From positions 1 to 28,365 of the forward strand of contig JAFGOA010000010.1 in assembly GCA_016926735.1 (NCBI GenBank): DNA of 28,365 bases, given 5' to 3'. Position numbers and translations under genes: made by a program. This stretch comes from Promethearchaeota archaeon (GTDB lineage Archaea; Asgardarchaeota; Lokiarchaeia; Sigyniarchaeales; SOKP01). This document shows positions 8,370-16,819 of this stretch, piece by piece. Every line of letters begins with the position of its first letter. Position 1 is the stretch's first letter. The notes beneath the pieces were generated by a model. The model saw only the letters and a program-made list of their open reading frames with translations, searched no databases and had not been told where the DNA came from.

Positions 8370-9950
8370 ATGCAAATTAAAAAAAAAAAAGGGAATTATT
8401 TTGTAAAATTAATTGTTGTTATTTTATTTTTTAATACAATCTTTCTTTTTAATTTTACACAACATACCTTGGCGACTACTCCTAATTTAAATGTACAAAC
8501 TAATCTTGATAAAAAGGACGTTGTATCTTGGAATGTAATTGAATTACATCCTGAATCAGGATCTTTTAGTGGATATTATTCTGAAATATATTCAAAAGCT
8601 AATGGTGAAGTAAATTGGACTTTATTAGATACTTATCAGGGATTGGGTTTAAAAAATCATATCCTTGAAGATGATAGAGAGATTTATGGAGAATTCAAAA
8701 TTATTGAAAAGGCAAGTGCCTATTATAACGATGGAATTCAATATAATGGAGAATTTATTCTCATCGATGATATAGAGAAGAATATAGAAAAAATGTTTAT
8801 TGGTTTTACAAGTGAAATAGTCTTTTTTTCTTGGAATGTAATTGAAATGCATCCTCAGGTAGGATCTTTTAGTGGATATTACTCAGAAATATACTCAAGA
8901 ATTTTAGGTGAAGAAGACTGGACTTTACTCCAAACAGACCAAGAATTAGGAGAGAAAGAGTATTCTCAATCATTAGACATCTCCGATACAATTATAGAGT
9001 TCAAAATTGTTGAGAAAGCAGAAGTGTATACTATGAATGGAAATACATACTATGGACCTCATATACTCTATGAGAAAATTTTAAAGATACTTACAGATAG
9101 TGATACAACTTTATTATTAGTTCATGGATTTTGGGGATCATCATCTACTTTTAATGATCTCTTAAGTGATACTAAATATGATAATAATGGAAATGGAATT
9201 AATGATTTCAAAGATCATTATGGAATAAATAACATCCTTAAGGTTGATTATTATTCTTCTCATGATCCAGATCCAGAATTTAGTGGATTTACAATAAATA
9301 CTCCTATTGAAGATGTTTCAAGGGCTTTAAAGAACTATATCATTAATAATAAAATTAATGGAAAGATAAAAGACCATTTGGATATAATTGCTCATTCCAT
9401 GGGAGGACTTGTTGTTAGATATATGATAGAACACGAACACTATTATGAGGAAATTAAAAATGCAGGAGTAACTATAGATAATATCGCGACTGTAGGCACA
9501 CCCAATCATGGAACACTCCTTAGCCAAATAGCATTAATAGGAGGTGTATTATCTCCAATTTTACCTATTGTCTTATCCGTTTATGGAGTTGGAACTCTTG
9601 GCATTCAAATATTTCAAATGGCTTATATCCATGCATTTATTTTGGATTTAAATTCTGGTGATGAGACACCACATAGTAGAGATGATAGTGGAGAGTATTC
9701 AGATATACATTGGTCTACCTATAGAGGTCATGTCAGGGATGTATGGTGGGAACCATTATTATGTCCAATAATATGGTTGGTTTATCCACTTTACAATCCT
9801 GCAATCTATAAGAGTGATAGTGTTGTTGATACTGGTTCTGTAAGTCTAGGAGATGGTGCTACCAATCATTATTATAATGGTTTTGACCATGATGAAATAA
9901 AATCAAAAACTTCTGCACTAAACGATATCTTTAATGAATTACAAAAGTAG
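8370..9950 (+). CDS. Secreted alpha/beta hydrolase (lipase/PGAP1-like) with duplicated N-terminal ~100-aa domain
   Basis: Signal peptide; LLVHGFWG oxyanion motif; AHSMGG nucleophile elbow; GTPNHGT; SDSVV (Asp); FDH (His); N-terminal repeat with a 303-bp period. Confidence 0.9.
   Translation: MQIKKKKGNYFVKLIVVILFFNTIFLFNFTQHTLATTPNLNVQTNLDKKDVVSWNVIELHPESGSFSGYYSEIYSKANGEVNWTLLDTYQGLGLKNHILEDDREIYGEFKIIEKASAYYNDGIQYNGEFILIDDIEKNIEKMFIGFTSEIVFFSWNVIEMHPQVGSFSGYYSEIYSRILGEEDWTLLQTDQELGEKEYSQSLDISDTIIEFKIVEKAEVYTMNGNTYYGPHILYEKILKILTDSDTTLLLVHGFWGSSSTFNDLLSDTKYDNNGNGINDFKDHYGINNILKVDYYSSHDPDPEFSGFTINTPIEDVSRALKNYIINNKINGKIKDHLDIIAHSMGGLVVRYMIEHEHYYEEIKNAGVTIDNIATVGTPNHGTLLSQIALIGGVLSPILPIVLSVYGVGTLGIQIFQMAYIHAFILDLNSGDETPHSRDDSGEYSDIHWSTYRGHVRDVWWEPLLCPIIWLVYPLYNPAIYKSDSVVDTGSVSLGDGATNHYYNGFDHDEIKSKTSALNDIFNELQK
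8526..9070 (+). repeat. Intragenic tandem domain duplication (period 303 bp / 101 aa)
   Basis: SWNVIELHPESGSFSGYYSEIYS..WTLL..EFKIIEKA vs SWNVIEMHPQVGSFSGYYSEIYS..WTLL..EFKIVEKA; DNA similarity starts at 8526 and 8829. Confidence 0.9.
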
Positions 9951-10023
9951 AGAAATGTATTTATCATTAAATTTAAAATATTTTTTTTTTTACTTCTATC
10001 TTATATTATAGATCTCAGAGTTA

Positions 10024-10060
10024 TTTTACTATCTTTTTTCATAATATCTTCATGAAGAGA
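10024..10060 (+). repeat. Dispersed TCATGA-triplet element, copy E
   Basis: ttttactatcttttttcataatatcttcatgaagaga; 28/37 ungapped match to copy A. Confidence 0.65.
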
Positions 10061-10095
10061 TATAATATTATATAATTATAATTTTCAAATTTATT

Positions 10096-11193
10096 TCATT
10101 TATTTTGTTTGAAATATCCTATAATACGATTTTTATTTTGAAATTTATTTGCATCATATATAAGCCCCTTAAGACCAGTTCCGTCATGATACATTTTTTT
10201 ATCAAATTTAAGTTTCAATTTCCCCGATTTTCCGGGTGTTATATCTTCTCCTTCTATAATTTTAAAGGGTGAGGATTTCAAGTCTGTTATTGCTGTATAT
10301 TGTATTACTTCTTGCGACGTTATTTTATCTTCTTTAGGTTTATAGAATTGATTTATATATACTTCTGCCAAAATTTCAGTTTCTGATTTAAAAATACCTT
10401 GGGTGACTAATAAGTTGTCTCTATTTATATCTTTCGAGTCAATATTTCCTTTTAAAGCCAGACCAACTCTATCTCCTTTATGAGCTTCTTTAAAATCTCT
10501 ATCATGTTTTTGAATACTTCTGATAATCAATTTTTTCTCTGGATTTTCAGAGCCTATAAGACCTACCATTTGACCTGCCTGAAGATTTCCTTGTTTTACC
10601 AAACCTAAGATTACCGTTCCTATCCCTTTTACAGGAAAACAGTGATCAATCAAGATTTTAGTATAATCAGAGCTTAATCCTTTTTTTTCATTAAGGATAA
10701 TATCAAAGGTTATAACTTTTTTCTTAAGTTTTTCAAAATCTTCTTTAGTTTCGATTAAAAACATCTCTGTGTTTTTAATATGAGTTGTTTCAAGAATTTT
10801 TTTCAGTTTTGCTTTGGTTTCTTCTAGTTTCCAATTATTTTTATCATTGATATTTGTAATTACAATTAGAGGATGTGTTTTATAGAGTTGATGAAATATA
10901 TCAAGACCTATAAGTAATTCACCTATAACAGCATTTAGTCCAATGTCTAAATCGACGACAAGAATATGGATCTCTGTTAGAATCAATGATTGTAAAAATG
11001 GTTTTATCTTTTCTGGATAATTTATTGGAGACATAGCACAAAATACTTGGCCCAATTTGGTGTCTAATCGATTATAGAATTGAATATCTGATTTTGTACC
11101 TGGAGCGCCAAAGGCTTGTCCAATCAGATTATTCTGATCGTTATTTTCTCCAAATATTCCTATAACAAAAGTATTCTCAAACATTTCATTCAT
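10096..11193 (-). CDS. Archaeal SelB-like (aSelBL) EF-Tu/EF1A-related protein with degenerate G domain
   Basis: GTKSDIQFYN, YPEKIKPFLQ, IDHCFPVKGIGTVILG, IRSIQKHD...GDRVGLALKG (EF-Tu domain II); no GKT P-loop. Confidence 0.85.
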   Translation of the reverse strand: MNEMFENTFVIGIFGENNDQNNLIGQAFGAPGTKSDIQFYNRLDTKLGQVFCAMSPINYPEKIKPFLQSLILTEIHILVVDLDIGLNAVIGELLIGLDIFHQLYKTHPLIVITNINDKNNWKLEETKAKLKKILETTHIKNTEMFLIETKEDFEKLKKKVITFDIILNEKKGLSSDYTKILIDHCFPVKGIGTVILGLVKQGNLQAGQMVGLIGSENPEKKLIIRSIQKHDRDFKEAHKGDRVGLALKGNIDSKDINRDNLLVTQGIFKSETEILAEVYINQFYKPKEDKITSQEVIQYTAITDLKSSPFKIIEGEDITPGKSGKLKLKFDKKMYHDGTGLKGLIYDANKFQNKNRIIGYFKQNK

Positions 11194-11317
11194 AAAGATA
11201 GTGAATATAGAATTTTACATATATTTTTTGGAGATATGTTTATATAAAAATAAGAAAAAAAAAAGTAAAAATAAAAATCATAAATAAAAACGAATACATT
11301 ACATTCAACTTTTCTTT

Positions 11318-12496
11318 TTATTCAAGTAATTTTCTTCTATTTATGAAATCATACATTTCAATAAATTGTTCTAATTGATTTTGGATTCCTTTCTTGCTTA
11401 AAAAATCAACTATACTTAGCTCTTGATTAAAAAATTCATCTAAGATTTCCTTATTTACTTCGAATGTTGTTTCTAATCGATTTATAATTGAGGGGACTCT
11501 ATCTTTATATTTTATTTGAACTTTTGAAAATAATAAATCATCATTTATTAATCTAAGAATCATGGGTACTTGTTCCATATAAATCTTTTTCTCATCGAAA
11601 TACTCATTGATCATTAGAAACCTAGAACTTTTCGTAACTAAATAATTAGTATCAGGTTCTTTATCAGCTATGCTATCAAGAAGGGAATTAAACCATAAAA
11701 TATGGTCATTATTTTTTATGTTATAACAGATAACATTTGAATTAAGAAATCTTAATTGATAATCTTGATCTGCAATTGAAAATTTCAGATTTTTTTGATT
11801 TTCGGAGTATATTTTTTTAGCTTCTTGGATTTTTTCATATAATAGATTTGTTAGCTTAAATGTATTTATTGAAGTAGCACTTACTAAATCATAGATCCAA
11901 TGTTCATAAATATTAAAAATCATAAAAAGATTAAACATTGAATGTTCTGTTAATGCTTCTTGTTTTAATCCCGAATATCTATAGAATTTCTGAGGCCCTC
12001 CCAGTTCTTTATTATCATATTCTTCAATTTTTAACCTACTTGAACTTAATTGATCATAAAATCTTCCGGTTTTATCTACAAAAACATTATTAATATGTAA
12101 TTCATTTTTGTAGTAGTGGGCAACTTTATAAAGAAAAAATTCTTTTCCAAAAAAGATATTCTGTGAAATCATTTCAATATATGAATTTTCATCATCAATC
12201 CTAAATTTAATTTTAGCATTGCATAATTGACAGTTAAAATCTGTTTCAATTATCCCTTCTTTTAACTCATAATCTACTTTTTGATATCCGCGTACTTTTA
12301 GATCATTATCTATATAAAATTGAAAATGATGTTCACAAATAGAATCTTTTGGGATAGAGATTGTTGTTAATCCATTAGGTTTTAGTATATTTTGTGGGAT
12401 AAAAATAAATTTTTTTGCTTTACAAATTGGACATGCAATAATTACACTCTGATTCAATAATTCTTGTTTATTGGACAACATGTTATTTTCACTCAT
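11318..12496 (-). CDS. Zinc-binding hypothetical protein (CPIC...CEHHF..D....VR.Y domain, second CxxC..H..H unit)
   Basis: CPICKAKK...IPKDSICEHHFQFYIDNDLKVRGY and CQLC...AH....LH; gtgat SD. Confidence 0.75.
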   Translation of the reverse strand: MSENNMLSNKQELLNQSVIIACPICKAKKFIFIPQNILKPNGLTTISIPKDSICEHHFQFYIDNDLKVRGYQKVDYELKEGIIETDFNCQLCNAKIKFRIDDENSYIEMISQNIFFGKEFFLYKVAHYYKNELHINNVFVDKTGRFYDQLSSSRLKIEEYDNKELGGPQKFYRYSGLKQEALTEHSMFNLFMIFNIYEHWIYDLVSATSINTFKLTNLLYEKIQEAKKIYSENQKNLKFSIADQDYQLRFLNSNVICYNIKNNDHILWFNSLLDSIADKEPDTNYLVTKSSRFLMINEYFDEKKIYMEQVPMILRLINDDLLFSKVQIKYKDRVPSIINRLETTFEVNKEILDEFFNQELSIVDFLSKKGIQNQLEQFIEMYDFINRRKLLE

Positions 12497-12798
12497 AATT
12501 GATCACTTTTATTATAGTTTTTTTTAGTATTATTTCGAAGAATTTTCATTCTTATAGATAAAATCTTGTAGTTCTATCTTTGATTTTTTCTATTTTTTAA
12601 AATATATATCTATAACCTTTAGGTTAAAATTTGTAACTGATTTCCTATTCATAAGTGACAAACAGACAAAATCAGTTTTTCATTTTGTTTGGTTAGTTTT
12701 AGATAAGAATTTTATCTACAATTATAATAAAAATTTCTTGATTTATAGTTTTCCATTAATTTCATTTGAAAAAAATGAAATGAAGAATAATTATGAAA

Positions 12799-14352
12799 TT
12801 ACGAAGTATTTTCGATTGTATTAAACATTAGATTTAGCTTTTCAAAAATCTCTATTTGATAATTAATACCAAACTTGAAAAAATATAGTGTGATTTTCTT
12901 ATTATCTGCTTGATTATTGATAAAACTAAAGTTTTCTATGTAACTGGACCAATCGACATTTTCATTAATTTGGATTCCTATTAATAAAATGTTATTTTCT
13001 TTAAGTTGATCTAATACTTTTAAAATAGTATTTTTCCAATTTAAAGGAGTGATTATATTATCTTTCCCCTTAAAAATACAAAATACTGCATCAGAATTAG
13101 AAATTTCAATCTTACTAAAATTAAAATTTTTTACAGTAAGACTATTTAGATATTCATATATTTGAGATCCTTCTTCAATTTTTGTATTATGAAGTGTGAA
13201 TTTGGTAAGGATTTTTTTTAATGATTCCATTCCAGGATTATATTCTAAATCTTCTACTATAAAGGAAATAGTTAATTTTTTCTTAATTGATAAAATTGTC
13301 TCAATAGATTTAGTCATTTGTTGTATCTTTGAAATTTCTTTTAATTCTTTATTTTTAATTATATAATGGTAGGAGAGAAGTTTGAAAGCATCCGCGATAT
13401 TTTCACCTGTTAAAGCACTTGTTTCTATGTATGATATAATTGAAATACCTTTTTCAGAAATATTTTTTGTAATATCAACTCCTTTTTGATATTCAATTTC
13501 TTTCTCTTCTGATAAATCAGATTTATTTCCTAAAATAACAATAGGTATTGATTCTACGCTCAAAAATTGATCTAGTTCATTAAACCAATTAATTATGTTA
13601 TCATATGATTCTTTTTTTGTCAGATCAAATACAATAAATGCTGCTTGAGTATTTTGATAATATAATTTTCGAATTCTTTTAAAATGTTCTTGAGATCCAA
13701 TATCCCAAATAATTAATTCTACTTTATTTCTTAAAAATTCAATATTATAAGAAGTAATATTCAATCCTATTGTTGCACGATATGCATCAGTAAATTTATT
13801 TTCAGTGAAACGTCTAATTATCGATGTCTTTCCTACACCGGGATCTCCAACTATAATAAATTTATATCTGTAATTTTCATTTTCATTTAAAGTAATAGAA
13901 TGAGATTCATTTGCAGATTCTGTTTTATTTTTTATATCAATACTAAATTTAGGGATTGATAATTCAATGACATTATCATCTTTTGAGGAGAATATTTGAG
14001 CTACTTTTTCAGCCAAGAAATATAAATACGCATTAATAATATCAGATGATGAATTCAGATTTACTACTAAAAAAATTACAATATCTTCAATTGCTAATAA
14101 GTAATATAATTGATAATCTTGCGTAATAAAATATTTTATTCCTAATTCATTGAATTCATTTCTAATTCGATCTATAATAGGATTTATAAGAGATGAATAA
14201 TAGATATTATTTTTAGTATTATCTTCTTCTCTATTCTTAGTAAACAGAATAGAACCATCTAATTTGGAAATAATTATCGCCTGAGTTTCAGGACTTACAA
14301 TAAAAAAGTTATCGAACAATAGTTTAAATAATAAATTTTGATTAGTAAACAA
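12799..14352 (-). CDS. Roadblock/longin-like + Rab-like small GTPase + degenerate GTPase-like domain, paralog 1
   Basis: AIIISKLDGSIL (roadblock-like); GDPGVGKTS, YRATIG, WDIGSQ, NKSD, ETSAL. TTG start with a gggga SD. Confidence 0.9.
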   Translation of the reverse strand: MFTNQNLLFKLLFDNFFIVSPETQAIIISKLDGSILFTKNREEDNTKNNIYYSSLINPIIDRIRNEFNELGIKYFITQDYQLYYLLAIEDIVIFLVVNLNSSSDIINAYLYFLAEKVAQIFSSKDDNVIELSIPKFSIDIKNKTESANESHSITLNENENYRYKFIIVGDPGVGKTSIIRRFTENKFTDAYRATIGLNITSYNIEFLRNKVELIIWDIGSQEHFKRIRKLYYQNTQAAFIVFDLTKKESYDNIINWFNELDQFLSVESIPIVILGNKSDLSEEKEIEYQKGVDITKNISEKGISIISYIETSALTGENIADAFKLLSYHYIIKNKELKEISKIQQMTKSIETILSIKKKLTISFIVEDLEYNPGMESLKKILTKFTLHNTKIEEGSQIYEYLNSLTVKNFNFSKIEISNSDAVFCIFKGKDNIITPLNWKNTILKVLDQLKENNILLIGIQINENVDWSSYIENFSFINNQADNKKITLYFFKFGINYQIEIFEKLNLMFNTIENTS

Positions 14353-14555
14353 AATAAATTCCCCTTATTTCATAATTTGGTATATAGAATTCAAATATGA
14401 TATTTTCCCTTAAAAATTCTATCTATTTATTTGAAGTTAAATGAATTATAAGGAACTTTTTGTAAGGAAAAAATAAAAAAAAATAATCCTAAAAGAGAAA
14501 AATTTCTTTTATATTAAAAATAATTAAAAAGAAAATTTTAGTTTTTAGGGAATAG

Positions 14556-15176
14556 CTACCTATTCTTACGTAAATCTGCTCCGCAAAATGAGCAAAAATC
14601 TGCTCCTTTTGAAATAATCTTAGAACCGCATTGAGGACAAAATCGAGCGAAATTCACATCTTTAGGTAATTTATTTTTAATATTTCGAAACATATCTTTA
14701 AGTACTTCTTTAATTTTTAGACTTTTTTCTTCAAATAATTCATCAGGGAATGATTTTATATAAGCGATTGAAAATTCAACTAAAAAATTCTCAATAAATT
14801 TTAACTGTTCTCCAAAATGGTCGCTAACTTTTGATTTTATGATTTGTTCTCCAGCATCAGTTAAAGAATAAACACTTTTTAAAGGGCCAATCGGACTTTT
14901 AACTTTTCTTGATATCAAATATCCATTATTTTCCAGTTTGTTTAAAATAGGATAGATTGTACCAGATTTAGCTTCCCATGTTTTTGCGAATTGTGTATTT
15001 AGAATTTCAATTAAATCATAACCAGATATTGTTTTCACATTAAAGATAGCTTCTAATACAGTAACTTCTAAAGGAGTCAATTTTTTTTTCTTGATTTTTT
15101 TAAATATATTATTTGTTGCTTTTTTACTTAATTTTTCAATATCTTCTTCAACATCAAGAAATTTATTCAACCACAT
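14556..15176 (-). CDS. PadR-family regulator with C-terminal zinc ribbon
   Basis: SGYDLI...W..KSGTIYPILNKLE..G...YSLTDAG; CPQCG...FCSFCG. Confidence 0.9.
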   Translation of the reverse strand: MWLNKFLDVEEDIEKLSKKATNNIFKKIKKKKLTPLEVTVLEAIFNVKTISGYDLIEILNTQFAKTWEAKSGTIYPILNKLENNGYLISRKVKSPIGPLKSVYSLTDAGEQIIKSKVSDHFGEQLKFIENFLVEFSIAYIKSFPDELFEEKSLKIKEVLKDMFRNIKNKLPKDVNFARFCPQCGSKIISKGADFCSFCGADLRKNR

Positions 15177-15189
15177 TTATTAATCACCC

Positions 15190-15732
15190 TTAATTTGTAT
15201 ATTCTCCAAACTTTTTCTTCATTTTATCCATTTCTCTTTCTACTGCTCTTTCTCTTCTTGTTTTAACTATTCCATCTTGGGTTATTTTTCCACTACAAAT
15301 AATTCTTGTGCCTATAAGATGTAAAAGCATTGGAATTCCCCATGATACACCAGGGTAATAAGCCCAATCAAAATGAGGAATTTGAAGAAGATTCCCTCCC
15401 ATAATATCAGCATCAGTAGCTAACAATAAAAGCATTGTTGTGACATATGCTGTAAGATGAATATAGGATAACCGTTTCATCATTGGATAAACGCCATTTG
15501 CATAACAATAATATGCTACAGCATGTATACTTAGACCAATTAGCCAACCAAATAAGGGATAAAGAACCCATCCATATGATGGACTTGAAAGATAATTTAA
15601 AATACCTAAAAATATAATTATCAATATATATGTAATTGCATGAAATCTCAATAATAACCTGTACTTTACTTTTTGAGCAGCTATCTTTCTTAAACTCTCC
15701 TCTGAGAATCCAGGATTTTCTTCTATACTCAT
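15190..15732 (-). CDS. Membrane protein with two 2TM-domain-like units
   Basis: FHAITY...W.LYPLFGWLIGL.IH and IHLTAY...WAYYP..SWGI..LLH; C-terminal ERAVEREM. Start 15732 was chosen for the ggtg SD upstream; the ORF-track start at 15810 lies within the promoter. Confidence 0.8.
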   Translation of the reverse strand: MSIEENPGFSEESLRKIAAQKVKYRLLLRFHAITYILIIIFLGILNYLSSPSYGWVLYPLFGWLIGLSIHAVAYYCYANGVYPMMKRLSYIHLTAYVTTMLLLLATDADIMGGNLLQIPHFDWAYYPGVSWGIPMLLHLIGTRIICSGKITQDGIVKTRRERAVEREMDKMKKKFGEYTN

Positions 15733-15821
15733 TAATAACACCATTTTAATATAATATTGTTTGTTGATTTTAAAGAATGATTTTAGATTTATTAAATTTA
15801 TATAGACCAATATTTATAAAA

Positions 15822-16019
15822 TTTGTTGTCCCTACATACTATTCATTTTAGAATAGAGATGTTTTTCTTACGTTTTATTTAAAATCCACCTTTTATTTAA
15901 AACTAGAAAGAAATATAAAAATTGTCAGATCTTATTTTATTAATATTAGAACAGTGAATGATTTGTTGATCCTATATAATAAAAATAGTATATTTTTTAA
16001 ATATTGTTTATCCTACATA
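15822..16019 (-). promoter_or_regulatory. Three 17-bp imperfect direct repeats upstream of the 2TM-PadR operon (putative operators)
   Basis: tttgttgtccctacata (15822-15838), tttgttgatcctatata (15962-15978), attgtttatcctacata (16003-16019); the first abuts tttataaa at 15813-15820. Confidence 0.6.
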
Positions 16020-16070
16020 TAATTGTGAGTAAGAGACCGATATTTAGAATGTTCAGTTTTGAGGCATGTC

Positions 16071-16769
16071 TTATTCAAGATAATATTCTAAAATACTATT
16101 TATATGAATTTCAGTGGTATTATAAACTTTTAGATTTTTAAAATCATCTTGACTTAAGATTAGGGGAAGTTCTGTACATCCTAAAATTATTGCTTCTATA
16201 TTTTCTTTTTCTTTCATATCTGCTATTATATTTAGATATTGATCTTTTGTCTCTTTTTTAACATTTCCATATTCAAGCTCTTGAAATATGGTTCTATTAA
16301 TATAATCCCGTTGATCTTGATTTGGAATAACAATATTGATATTATTTTTTATAAAAATATCTTTATAAAATTCTTTCTCCATAGTAAATTTTGTTCCCAA
16401 TAATCCAACAATATTTAAATTATTTTTTTTCACATTTTTGTAAGTCTCATCAACTATACTTATCATAGGAATAGATGATCGGTTTTTTATTTCATTAAAC
16501 ACAATATGAGGAGTATTTGCTGCTATAACTGAAAAAAATGCTCCACAATCTATTAGATTTTTATTAGCATTGGATAAATAATCAATAAGCTTTTCAAATG
16601 TATTATCTTGGATGTAATCAAATACTTTCTTCATATCTACACTTTCTATAATTATTTCAGGATAATTAATTTCATCAGAGTAGTGTACTTTTTTTATAAT
16701 CATTTTATAATATAAAATGGTTGATTCAGGTCCAAGTCCTCCAATTATTCCGATTTTTTTCATAATCAT
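16071..16769 (-). CDS. Aspartate/glutamate racemase family protein (RacX/YgeA-like)
   Basis: IGIIGGLGPEST, IAANTPH, VGLLGTKFTM, ILGCTELP. Confidence 0.92.
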   Translation of the reverse strand: MIMKKIGIIGGLGPESTILYYKMIIKKVHYSDEINYPEIIIESVDMKKVFDYIQDNTFEKLIDYLSNANKNLIDCGAFFSVIAANTPHIVFNEIKNRSSIPMISIVDETYKNVKKNNLNIVGLLGTKFTMEKEFYKDIFIKNNINIVIPNQDQRDYINRTIFQELEYGNVKKETKDQYLNIIADMKEKENIEAIILGCTELPLILSQDDFKNLKVYNTTEIHINSILEYYLE

Positions 16770-16819
16770 TTCCTCTAAAATAAGTCTTAAATATATTAAT
16801 ATTAAAAGAAAAAAAATAT

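Noticed and set aside
7751-9527. Minus-strand ORFs 7751..7969, 8649..8852, 9327..9527
   Set aside because: Antisense shadows of the regulator and hydrolase.
898-10060. TCATGA elements as classical integron attC or Xer dif sites
   Set aside because: They lack the RYYYAAC/GTTRRRY boxes and the 11-6-11 dif layout, and no integrase is in the window; only the general cassette idea is retained.
10096-11193. Selenocysteine machinery (selB with SECIS)
   Set aside because: The G domain is degenerate, and no in-frame TGA selenoprotein or convincing SECIS was seen.
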